64,000 bases of DNA, from NCBI RefSeq assembly GCF_026210795.1, contig NC_089429.1, forward strand, positions 7,006,001 to 7,070,000, written 5' to 3'. The notes below the pieces were generated by a model. That model did no database searches. It saw only the letters and a list, made by a program, of their open reading frames with translations, and was not told where the DNA came from. This DNA comes from Rhizophagus irregularis. Taxonomy: Eukaryota. A program made the translations under genes and the position numbers. Of this stretch, positions 40,195-51,953 are shown piece by piece; position 1 is the first letter of the stretch, and the number at the start of each line of letters is the position of its first letter.

Positions 40195-41275
40195 CATGAT
40201 GGTAGATGAAGAGGAGTGATGGGAGACGAAAAGGAGTGATGAGAAGATGAAGAGGAGTAATGGGAAGGTGAAGAGGAATGATGAGAAGATGAAGAGGAGT
40301 AACGGGAGACAAAAGGGATAGATGGGAGACGAAAAGAAGTAATGAGAAGATGATGAGGAGTGATGAGGGACGAAAAGGAATGGTGGGAGACGAAAAGGAG
40401 TGATGGAAAGATAAAGAGGAATGATGGAAAGATGAAGAGGAGTGATGGGATACGAAAAGGAGTGATGAGAAGCTAAAGAAGCGTGATGGAAAGATGAAGA
40501 GGAGTGATGGGAGACGAAAAGGAGTAATGAGAAGATGAAGAGGAATAATGGGAGACAAAAAGGATTAATGGGAAACGAAAAGGAATGATGGAAAGATAAA
40601 GAGGAATGATGGAAAGATGAAGAGGAGTGATGAGAAGATAAAGAAGCGTGATGGAAAGAAGAGGAGTGATGGGAGACGAAAAGAAGTGATGGGAAGATGA
40701 AGAGAAGTGATGGGAGACGAAAAAGGAGTGATGAGAAGATAAAGAGGCGTGATGGAAAGATGAAGAGGAGTGATGGGAGACGAAAGAAGATGAAGAGGAG
40801 TAATGGGAGACAAAAAGGTTTGATGGGAGACGAAAAGAAGTAATGAGAAGATGAAGAGGAATGATAAGAGACGAAAAGAAGTAATAGGAAGATGAAGAGG
40901 AGTGATGAGAAGATAAAGAGGCGTGATGGAAAGAGGAGTGATGGGAGACGAAAAGGAATAATGAGAAGATAAAGAAGCGTGATGGAAAGATGAATAGGAG
41001 TAATGGGAGACGAAAAGGAGTGATGAGAAGATGAAGAGGAGCAATGGGAGACGAAAAGGAGTGATGAGAAGATGAAGAGGAATAATGGGAGACAAAAAGG
41101 ATTGATGGGAGACGAAAAGAAGTAATGAGAAGATGAAGAGGAGTGATGGGAGACGAAAAGAAGTGATGAGAAGTTGAAGAGGAGTGATGGGAGACAAAAA
41201 GAAGTGATGGGAAGATGAAGAGGAGTGATGGGAGACGAAAAGGAGCGATGGGAGACAAAAAGAAATGATGGTAAT
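40195..41275. repeat. Purine-rich minisatellite with alternating 20/21-bp subunits
   Basis: GATGGGAGACGAAAAGGAGT and GATGAGAAGATGAAGAGGAGT repeated with variants over ~1.1 kb, with degenerate flanks. Confidence 0.92.
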
Positions 41276-43783
41276 TAAACAGGAGAGAAAAGAGATAACA
41301 AAAAATGAAAAGATGTAATAGAAAATAATGGGAGATGAAAAGTATAGAATAATGAAAGTAATAGGAGGTGAAAAATGATGAGAGACAAAAAATAAAAAAA
41401 TGATCATGATAGGAGGTTGGGTAGCAAAAGATAGGAAACCAAGTAAAAATAAAACATGAAGTAAAAAAAAAAAACAAAATAAATAATAAAAAATATACCT
41501 TTATTAATTATATAAAAAAAATGAAATAAAATTAGTGAAAACGAAATATGAAACAGAAACAAAATAAAAAAAAATAAAAAAAATGAGTAAGAAACAAAAC
41601 GTAAAGTCAGTATTCCGAATATTTATCAGACAAACATTTTTTATAGGGTGATCGTATGTTGAGAGCATCTTATTATAGTTTGTATACAAAAATTTTAGGT
41701 TGTTAGCAAAGTAAATTGTCGTATTAATGTTCCTTATCGCCTCTATAAAGCAGATAGTATGAAGTGAAATGATAAAATCTATAATTCCATGTTTTTTTTA
41801 AAAAAAATAATCATATTTTCCAAAATTAAAAAACAATTAAGGTTTCATATTAACTAAGAGATAGAAACTAGACAGTCAAACGAAAAAAATGCCACTAGCA
41901 GTTGTCCTTATAGTCACGTGTTAGTCACATGCCAGCAGCGTTAAAGTTGCTAAATCAGAGAAGTTTTTATAGGGTGACAAGGGTGACAAAAATATAAAAT
42001 AAGAATAAAATATCAGAAAGTAACGTATTAATTTTATTGTATAAGAGAAATAAATATCTTATCATTACGCAATTTTGTAATTTAAATAAATAAGATCTTA
42101 TTTGTACTAGGTCTATAAGAACAATTGTTTAATTTTTCAAATATAATGTTTTACTTTATTTGTTTTATTCTTTAGTAATTATATAAAGAATTATTTGTAC
42201 AGTCCACTAGAAAAAGCATTAAAGAAGTATCATGTTCCAGTTACATAACACAAAATAAAAGAAAGGTTTGTACAAGAAAAAATTTTATTGAATAAATAAA
42301 TACGTCACAAAAATTATATTACTATAATCAGGTAACAATCCGTTTCATCGTAATGATATATTATAAATTTCATATATTTTTGTCAGATTATAAGCCGCAG
42401 TCAAAGCTACGTAAAACGTAGATCATGTGATACGTATTGTTATATTGTATATGAAACACATTTTACGTCTAGATTTGGAAACAATGAAAATGAAAATTCA
42501 TGAAATTACTTATTTTGTTACTCTAATACACTGGGGTCGGTACAAACGGAGCATTACATTAATTTTTCGTACCCTGTATCATGATTTCATTTCTTAAAAG
42601 AGGTTGAATAATTTTATTACTTCGTCTTCAATGTCTATTCGATGCATAGCGTTTCACGATATAAAATATTTTATATTAATAACATTTAATAACATTAATT
42701 ATTTTTAAACGAAAAATGATTTATTACTACGGTATTAACGATGATAGGGATGACAGGAAAGAAAAAGTCGTTGTCAGATCATAGCAATATTTCCTAATGT
42801 GGAAAATTAAGAATTAATTGAATATATCTTACGATTTTATTATAAATTTTCAACATGAAAATTCTGCGGAAAAAAGTCCGAATCGTTCTCATGTATTTGA
42901 ACAAATAAAACGAATAAGCAAATTAATAAATCATTTTCATTGTATTCAATAATTACAAATTAAACCACATATGGAAAATCTTTTACTAAAAGATTATAAG
43001 GGGTTTTTGTGTATCAATTTTCATGATTGTTTAATGTAAATGTTACATGAGAAACTTTAAAATAATCGTTGTTTTAGCCACAAAAATAAATATTAACGTT
43101 AATTTTTAATTTTTGTATTTTGAAACATTTGTTTTTTTTTATCCCGAAATAAAACAACGATTTTCAATGTTTATTTTATTTCCAAAATAAAACTTATTGC
43201 TTTTTAATAAGTCAATTAATTGTATCTAATTAGGGCATTCTTGTGTACCAAAATTAAGTTTCAACGACAAAAAATGCCGCGCTTTCAATAATTTCTTAAA
43301 TGGAAGAAAAAACAAATGTTGTTGGGACACAGCAGAACTCCCTAATTTGAAAATCAAGAACAATTATCAATCATTAAATGTTTTATTTTTCTAAATTTTT
43401 AATGATTGTTTTATTGATTCAAACAATCGAATAAATCAATATTTCTCTTTCAAGAATTGAAAATTCTCATATTGAAAACATGTAAGCCCCTATTGCATCA
43501 GAACATTATTAACTAAACTAAACATATATATTAATATATAATATGATTAATCAAAAAATATTTTAATTTATGATTTGGCTTGACAAATTTTTATATAAAT
43601 ATGCATTCATATCTTTAAACTATTTTATCATTTATACCATTCAGTTTAATTATTCTTTGATATAATCATCCAGTTTTTTTTAAATTTTTTCTTTTTCTTT
43701 ACAATTTTCAAATTTCCTTCTCGCAGAGAGACGTTTTCTAATAACTTAAAATTTTCATCATTACATTTACCACTTTTAACAAT

Positions 43784-45208
43784 ATGGCATCACTCGTAAG
43801 AGATGTTCTCTTATTAATTTTTACTGAATTAAATGATCTTGATTCTTTGCATTCATGTAGTTTAGTAAATAAAAACTGGTGTCAAGTGGCTGTACCTTTG
43901 CTATGGAAATCTTTTTCAGATACTTACGAAAATCCTTACAATTATAAACGAGAATCACGTAAAAAATTTTACAATGTTATCGCCCACTTTCTACCAAATA
44001 ATCCAAAAGATCTTTTGCCACAAAATAATATTTTATTACCTTTAAATAAATTTCCAAAAGAACCAATGTTCAAATACATGGATTTTCTCACTAGTCTCTC
44101 GACAGTATGGATTGAAGATATGGCAAAACTATTAATAAATGACGAAGTTGGGTCTAAATACAAAGAAAGAATATTAGAATTTGAAATTTACAAATTAATT
44201 TTTAATAGATGTAATAATGCAAAGAATTTCCATTGGTATACCAAAAAGAGACTATATCGGTATCCAAATGCAAAAATTTTTTTTTCAAAATTACGTTCCC
44301 TCGAAATATCCCCTAGAGGTATAACCTCAAAAACACTAATCAAACTTGGCAAGATTTGCCAAAATTTAACAAACTTGGAGATACATATGTGTGATGAGGA
44401 TACTCCAGGTTTAGCCTCATTCATCAAAATACAAAAAAAATTGCAGTCATTATGTCTAGAATTTGATGAAGAGAATGATGAGGTAGAAGAACAATACATA
44501 TTACTAGGCAACATTATTGAAAAAAAGGCTGCAACATTAAAAAAAGTTATAATACAACCCATTATCACATTAATTTCACCTATATTTGTTCTATCATTAA
44601 AAAATATACAATATTTAGCTCTTAGTAATGAATATGGTGAATTATATGAAAATGTTGAGTTGTGTGAATGGAAACGCTACTTAAACATGGCATCTTTTCC
44701 AGATCTTCAATATCTTGAGACAACATGTTTACCAAGCAGTATTACATGTTTAATAATTGAAAAATCTGGGAGAAACATTTTAGAAATTAATATACATTCT
44801 CCACTTGAATCTGAATCTGACAATAGAAAGTTAATTGAGGTGATATCAATATATTGCCCAAAACTAATAAAATTAACTGTGAATGTTGACTATAAAAACT
44901 TGGGAGAAATGAGCAAGATTTTTTCAAGTTGCAAGCAGTTGGAGAAATTATTTCTTACAACAAATGTTAATATATTACCAAATGGAGATGAATTATTAAG
45001 AGTAATGAGCGAAGCGTCACCTATGGTTTTACAAGAATTTAAATTTGGAGACAAATGGAATTTTTCATTGAAAGGGTTGGAATCATTTTTTGAAACTTGG
45101 AAATCTAAAAATAGACCACCAATTAAATTTAACCATAATTGGGATGAATTGGTTTATTCGTGGACGGATGATCATGATAAGATGGTGGAAAAATATATGA
45201 AAGTGTAA
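43784..45208 (+). CDS. F-box-like / RNI-like LRR protein (474 aa, intronless)
   Basis: LVRDVLLLIFTEL...LHSCSLVNKNWCQVAVPLLWK; ICQNLTNLEI, YCPKLIKL and CKQLEKL repeats; FSLKGLESFFETW parallels LESFFICW in the paralog. Confidence 0.88.
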   Translation: MASLVRDVLLLIFTELNDLDSLHSCSLVNKNWCQVAVPLLWKSFSDTYENPYNYKRESRKKFYNVIAHFLPNNPKDLLPQNNILLPLNKFPKEPMFKYMDFLTSLSTVWIEDMAKLLINDEVGSKYKERILEFEIYKLIFNRCNNAKNFHWYTKKRLYRYPNAKIFFSKLRSLEISPRGITSKTLIKLGKICQNLTNLEIHMCDEDTPGLASFIKIQKKLQSLCLEFDEENDEVEEQYILLGNIIEKKAATLKKVIIQPIITLISPIFVLSLKNIQYLALSNEYGELYENVELCEWKRYLNMASFPDLQYLETTCLPSSITCLIIEKSGRNILEINIHSPLESESDNRKLIEVISIYCPKLIKLTVNVDYKNLGEMSKIFSSCKQLEKLFLTTNVNILPNGDELLRVMSEASPMVLQEFKFGDKWNFSLKGLESFFETWKSKNRPPIKFNHNWDELVYSWTDDHDKMVEKYMKV

Positions 45209-45879
45209 TTAAGTAAAATCGAACATTAAGTTTTATTATTATATTATTATATCAAATTTTATATTGATTGTATACTAAAAATGCTTCTGCAGGCAGAAGT
45301 ATCTTATTTCTAATAAAAATTTCTTCTCGCTTAAATTTCTCTTAATCCTTTATATATTGTTTTCTAAATTACTTATCATTCATATCGTAAAAATTACTGT
45401 GAAAGTTTTAACACAGCATTATACAATTTGTAAACTGGGTGAATTATCTTTTATTTGATTTTGTTAGATAATTACTAAAGTAAACTATTATGATATAAAG
45501 AGTAATAATGAGGCTCAATTAATTTTTTTTTTCCTTTTGGATCATTTTTAAATCGGACAATAAAAATATAATTTTCGTAAAACACATGCAATTATCAAAA
45601 ATCATATCAATCACAGGTTCTGTTTTTCTACTTCAGTTCTCCTATTATAAATCTTACGTATTCCATTTACGATTTAAAATCAAGACTTAATTTTATTTTT
45701 ATATCACGCGACTGATATTTCTGATCATTTCACCGACATTTTTGAAGGATAATGGTCACTAAGATGAATCATATATAAGTACCGTTATGAGACTTTGTAA
45801 AAACAGTTAAGTTGAAATTGACTTTTTTATTCGAATTAAAATAATGAAATCCTTATTCTCTTTCTTTACATATTATACA

Positions 45880-46300
45880 CAGTGAAATTCGATAAACCGG
45901 ATCTATCGGTTCCACTAAAAATATCCGGTTTATCGGGATATCCGGTATAGCGAAAAAATTTCGATATACTGAAAATCTATTATTCTGAATTTTCAAAAAA
46001 ATTTCATGCTAATAGAACTAATACACGCTATAATTTAATTTTTTCATCTTAGTTTTAAGTCATAGAATTCATGAAAATGAATATTAATTGAAGATATGAG
46101 CAATACATAACTTCAGCCGGAATTAAGAATTTTATAATTCTGGCCAAAATTAAGTTTTACCGTATCACGTTACTTAAATTTTATTGGTCAATTATCACGC
46201 GATCCGGTTTATCGAATCATTTTTACTATAGCTGGTTAGAAAATTGATCCGTTATAGCGAATATCGAGCTTTTACTAGTAAATTCCGGTATATCGAAACT
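45880..46300. mobile_element. Tc1/mariner (pogo-like) MITE, right end unresolved
   Basis: Starts CAGTGAAATTCGATAAACCGGAT; TCCGGTTTATCG-type motif repeated at both ends (45924, 45941, 46203, 46284). Confidence 0.6.
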
Positions 46301-46306
46301 ATTTTA

Positions 46307-46502
46307 CAGCTGTTTTCATAAGACCTGGGACAAATAAATTTTTGAACCCGACCGCCGACCCACCGATCCAGCTCAGTTGTTATTTATTTTACAAATCAAA
46401 CTATCAAATCAGGATCACGTGCCCAGCTAAAAATACCGGATCGGCGGATCGGCGGATCGGGTTCAAAAATTTAGTTTGTCCCAGATCTTATGAAAACAGC
46501 TG
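46307..46502. mobile_element. TA-flanked MITE with ~60-bp TIRs
   Basis: TA|CAGCTGTTTTCATAAGACCTGGGACAAA...GAACCCG and CGGGTTCAAAAATTTAGTTTGTCCCAGATCTTATGAAAACAGCTG|TA. Confidence 0.9.
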
Positions 46503-47874
46503 TAATATAACGTGATAAGTTTTTAAATTGTTTTTATGCGTAGATTACTTAAAATCATATTTAAAAAATTATTTGAAGATGTAAATTTCGAAATTACCTA
46601 TTTTATGAAATTTTTTATAATATAAAATCAATAAAGAGTTTTTTAAATCATTTTTATGTGTAGATTACTTTCTAATTCAAACCAAGAATTAGTCTAATAG
46701 ATAATTCAGCAATTTATCTACTTTAGAAGAAAAATTTTTTTATCCAAATCTAAAATAATTGTCCATATCATTTGTTGTTACAGCTGCTGTTTCAAGGTGT
46801 GATATTGATTGAAAAAAAAAGAAATACGATTGATAAATACTTTCTAAATAAAATTTAATATGATTTTCAATATGAATAAGATTCTGTCCATTTTTTTTTC
46901 TTGGTGTTCTAAATGTTACTTCGAGCGCGTAAAATTTCAAATTTTTCTGACTTTGAAAGCTTCTAAGTGTAAAACTTATAATCGTCCATCGATTATTAAA
47001 AAAGTTCAATTAAATTGTTCTCTGTAAAAAAAAGTCTATTACACCATCACATACAATTATTTCGCGCAACATTATTAGTAATACTAGAATACTGTGGATT
47101 TTGATTTTATAATAAAAACAGAGGTCCTACAAATCGGAACTTCATTTTGGAAAGGAGATTTTAAATCTGAAAAAGAATAATATTACAATCCGAATTAAAC
47201 AGTACCGACATAAAATTTTTCAAATTATAATATCTATAGGTATTATTATAATGATTATATGAACGCTTAATAAATTAATTTGATAGTTGAATAGTATGGT
47301 ATTGTATCTTCTCAGGTTTATATTTTTTCACTGGTACAAAATTTTTTAAAAAAAATGATCTAATAAATTAATGAAACTCGATAAAATTGAAGTGCGGCCT
47401 TCAAATCTTAAAATAAATGAAGAAATAAATGAAAAACAATAATTCCAATTGAAGGTTAGTAATGTTTTATTGTATGTATCCAGATTACAAAAATTATTTT
47501 AACCTATCAGCATGAAGTACTATAAAGATCCCGTAATAATGTATTATTTGTCGCTTGAAGCTGTTCATATATATGTTTTAAAAAAATCATGTTCTCAAAC
47601 ATTAACAAATTTGTATGACAAATACTTATCCCTACAATAATTCATACTATGTACATGATATTTTTTATTAAAATTCACGTTTGAATTTTTTCGTATTTAA
47701 TTATATTTTATTTGATTTTTATCACATTTAGAAAAAAGTATCGCTTTATTCAATTTTGTTACATTTATTTAATACATTTTTTAATATTAAAAAAAATATA
47801 ACTATGAATTACGAATAATAAAAAATGAATAATAATTTTTTAAAAAAAAAGAAATAATTTTAAAAAAAAGAAAT

Positions 47875-48566
47875 AAGGTCCATTCTGAAAGATCTTGATT
47901 AACATTAGGATTTTGAGCGCATGAACATTTCATCAAGTTATTCCAAATTTCAATTTCATCTAATGTAATATTTCTTGTTTGAGAATGAATTCAATCATTT
48001 GGAGTATCGGGAATTATTTCTAAACAATAATTTCTTATAAGTTTAAAATTATTACTTTCAAAAATATTATCATCAAGAAATTTAGTGACATTATTTTTAA
48101 TAAAATCTTTTTGATTATCAATTAAAAATTCTTGAATATGCACAACAAGTGATTCCAATTCAAATTCATTTGCTGTTGTCAATAAGGTCAAAATATCTAC
48201 AGCTTCAACACTTAAATCAATCTTTCCACAATATAAAAATCTATTATTAAATTAGTTTATTTAGCTTAGTTTTTTTACATAATTTTAAGTTATCAAGTTT
48301 AAAAATTATTTTGAAATAAATTACCTGAAAATATTTTCTAAAGTTTTTGGTGGAATATTAGATATCTTAAAAATGAACTTTCCATCCCCCCTCTTTTCCC
48401 TTAAATTAGAACGAAAATAATCTGATCGACGAAGAATTAAGGAATGAGCATAAATTTCTTGTACATTTGGCTCTTCTCCCGCCTGTATAATAACGTCATA
48501 ATACTCTTTACTTTCAAAAAGTTTTTCGTAACCTTTCATAAGTTCCGGCCAAAATTTTGATGCCAT
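47875..48566 (-). pseudogene. Truncated BTB-BACK gene
   Basis: Exon 48566-48325 (YYDVIIQAGEEPNVQEIYAHSLIL), GT-AG intron 48324-48241, exon from 48240 (FLYCGKIDL...). TGA at 47991-47993 precedes the remaining BACK-like EIEIWNNLMKC...DLSEWT; no TLDc domain follows. Confidence 0.75.
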
Positions 48567-48785
48567 TATCGTATATAAAATTTTTTATCAATATTTTTTT
48601 AAAAAAAAATATTTGTTTTTTAAAAATATTAAACTTTAATTTATAGTATCATATTTACTTTTCATTTAATTTGACCAAAAATGCAGAACAGGTTTGTTCA
48701 ATTCTAGTTAAGTAGTAACGTCGGATATTCCGCTGTGTAACTTTCACAGTTCATCACTACCGATTAAATATATGGCGCAATAGAT

Positions 48786-49021
48786 TAGAGGTTAAGCTTA
48801 ACCGGTTAAAACATTTGTTAACCGGTTACTGTAAAAAACAATTTTTAATCGGTTAAATTGCACCCCATTCGACCGATCGACAAAGGTTCTAACCTTACAT
48901 TTCATGTCTCAAGGTGTCTAGGTTAGTTATATCTTTTGTCGATCGGTCGAATGGGGTGTTAATTAACCGGGTAAAGGTTTGGTTAACCGGTTATTAGCTT
49001 TTTTGGACCGGTTCCAACCTC
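48786..49021. mobile_element. Degenerate hAT-like MITE with AACCGGTT repeats, hosting a nested MITE
   Basis: TAGAGGTT...AACCTC ends; TTAACCGGTTA palindromes on both sides of the nested insert. Confidence 0.55.
48861..48958. mobile_element. 98-bp MITE with perfect 24-bp TIRs
   Basis: CACCCCATTCGACCGATCGACAAA / TTTGTCGATCGGTCGAATGGGGTG. Confidence 0.88.
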
Positions 49022-49321
49022 ACTTTTTTTCCGTAAAGAAATCGTCTAAATAAACTTACTAGTTACTACTATTTCCCTGATAAATAAAGCTCCTATTCTT
49101 TTACCAAATGGTAATAATAATAATATTTTTAAGAATCCTAAATATGTATTTTTTTAAAAGTCATATATATTATTTCCTAAAACTTTACAATTTCAAAAGA
49201 TCAATTTACTTAATAATATTTTATTATTTACTTTGAAATACTTTATTATTTATTTATGAATTCAAAAACACAATTTTACAATTTATTTACAAATTCGATA
49301 AGATTTCAATAATATATTTTT

Positions 49322-49780
49322 TACAATTGCGATCAAATCAGCCTTAATTTATAATATTTTTTTTTTCAATGAGAAGAAAAGACACTATCGAATAAATCAT
49401 TAAATAATGGAAAATTTTCCTATAATAAATTGAAACTTCGGTTCATGATAGAACTAATAAGGGAAAGCTGACAAAAAAATTTAATAGTTTTTTATTACCT
49501 ACAGTAGATTACCTAATGCCTTATGCTTACCAATACCAAAGATATATTAAAATCTTATTTTTTTGATCGTTGCCGTATCCATGTAATCAAAATTTTCGAA
49601 ATAAAAAGAAAAAGAAAGAACTTAATTCTTTCTTACGGAATTTCGAAGTCGAATTAGTGAAAAAAAAAAATGATAAAATCATAACGAACGATGTAATAAA
49701 CGAATTTCCCGGCTCGCATATTATTACATTATCTATATTATAGTACTTTCTATTTCAAATATTTACAAAAATTATATATA
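49322..49780. repeat. Dispersed repeat, copy 2 of 1-580
   Basis: See 1-580; this copy lacks the segment corresponding to ~95-325 of copy 1. Confidence 0.85.
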
Positions 49781-51358
49781 TCTCAGATGCGGTTACAGGC
49801 GCTAATGGTGACTTGTTAGCTCAGCATAAGATTACTCACATCATAAATATTTCTCCGTGTGTAAATTTTTTTGAATACTTACTTCCGTAAATGTAAATAG
49901 TGTAAGTATGTAATATATTATTTATTTTATAAATTAATTTATAATATTATTAATTAGATATTCATTAATGCATGATGCGTAATATTTTTTCGGCCCAATA
50001 TTTTATATCCAACTTATTTTTAGATTTATTGAAATATAACGTAAGTAATGCAGAAGACTGGTTTTGATTATAAAGAGGAGGACGCGCCGACGTGGTAAAG
50101 TACTTTTTCGTAATTTATTCTAATAGTTGAACATCTTATATAAAATATAATAAATTATTTTAGAATTACTTTCTCCGAATTATATGATTTTCTAAAATTA
50201 ATAGATTAATAATTCGAATTAGCAAACATCAGCTTGACAACTTGAGCAGTGGACCTAGGGAACTTTTTTTTATAAGATTGATTTTCGGATAGACGGATAA
50301 AAGAAACAAAGATATCCAAATATGTTCATATATCAGTGTGAAAGTTATGATCATTTTAAATTCTAATTCTTCAGCACTACGACTAATAGTAATGGCTATC
50401 ATCAATCATCATATGTTTAATTTGTATAAGAAAAATTCTTTCCCATTGCAAAAATGGAGCGATCTTACATTAAGAAACTTTTCACTTGTCATTCTAAATT
50501 GTTTAATATATTTCTATAAATTCTGAACAATCTGAAGTTTCATGTTAGAACGTCTATTAAATTAAATTGATTTTTAAGAAATTTTAATAATCTTGCAACC
50601 ACAACATTTTCAGATTCCTCGCTCAACATATAATTTGACTTTAATTTATTACTTCTTTATCACACGATATTAACAGAAAAGAATATATATCTATTCACAG
50701 AATAAAATTTGTACAAAATTTTTTTAAGCTAAAATAATCATTAATTAGTAGAAATCCCAGATGTTAAATTCTCATTTTCATTTTTGAAAACTTTAGTGTA
50801 TCAACTATTGAGCAAGTATGTGCGATATTCGTTCAAGGATCATTTAATGAAAAGAATTATAAATTTAATGTTAAAATAAATTGAATTCAATATCATTAAA
50901 TTAAATGTTGATTGCTTTTTTGTAAGATAAAAAAAAGTGAAAATTTTTTTAATTTCGCTAGGAATTTTTCAGAGTTTTTTTGATATTTAATAACCATACG
51001 ATTCGATTTGGATGTAAAATAAATCTGTTTCAAAATTTTATTAATAAAAGATTTTTTTTATAAATAATTTAATTATTTTACTTATTCATCACCTATCACA
51101 ATAAATGCGTTTATTATCTCCTACGCTTGACCTTGGAAAAGTATGTATCACGTGTTTCACGTGATATAATCCGCAGGTTGATTAACTAACTTTTTTTTCA
51201 TTCTTCCCTTTTCTTTCGTTTGCCCTTTCACTTCCATTTGTACCTTCCTTCATCTCTCCCTCATTCTTTCCTTTTCCTTCCCTTTTCTCTTTACTTTTAC
51301 ATTTCCCTTCTCTTTTCTTTCCCTTCATTTTCCCGCTTCTCTCGTTGAAAAAATCTTA

Positions 51359-51953
51359 AACGAAATGTTTCTAGCGTTTCAATTTTTTTCTTTTTTTTGG
51401 TAAGGGCTTCTGAAAAAAAATGTAATTTCTTCTTTTAGCGAAACATTTTGCTAACGTTTCGATTTTCTCTCTTTTTTTATAAGCAATCAAGTCCTTGGAC
51501 GCGCAGAATTTCGGTAGGGATTCCAGAAATTTTCTTTAAAAATTTCTTTAATGAAACGCTTACTAACGTTTTGCTCTTTTCTTTTTTTCTTAGACAGCAA
51601 GTTCTTTGGATGCACGGAACTTCACTTTCGGTAAGTTTCTTTCCTATTCATTCTACCGAAACGCATTTTAACATTCAAAATTTTATTCTTTTTTTTTTAA
51701 ATAGGTCTGAACTTATAAAATTCGGAAATTTTCTTTTTCAGACGGTTTAGAATGTGGATTTCGGTGGGAAAAGAATATGTTTTTTAATTTTTTCTTTAAC
51801 GAAATGTTTCTAACATTTCGTTCTTTCTTTTATTTTTAGACAAGTATGACTGTATGAATGTGTGAATTCAGTAATTCAGTAGGAAATCGAAGATTTTTCT
51901 TGGTGAGAAATCGGAAGATATTTTTTTTTAATTTTGTTAATTTTAACGAATCT
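51359..51953 (-). repeat. Dispersed ~590-bp repeat, copy 2 (inverted)
   Basis: Reverse complement of 26214-26802; preceded by a pyrimidine-rich tract at ~51190-51345. Confidence 0.9.

Noticed and set aside
39974..41477. Three long overlapping minus-strand ORFs (194-334 aa)
   Set aside because: Artefacts of the pyrimidine-rich strand of a 20/21-bp minisatellite; the same low-complexity peptides recur in the different ORFs.
38476..44568. Antisense ORFs at 38476-38724, 43969-44163 and 44188-44568
   Set aside because: Shadows of the F-box/LRR genes on the opposite strand.
51448..51750. 100-aa ORF
   Set aside because: Lies in the dispersed inverted repeat, has a non-ATG start and low-complexity composition.
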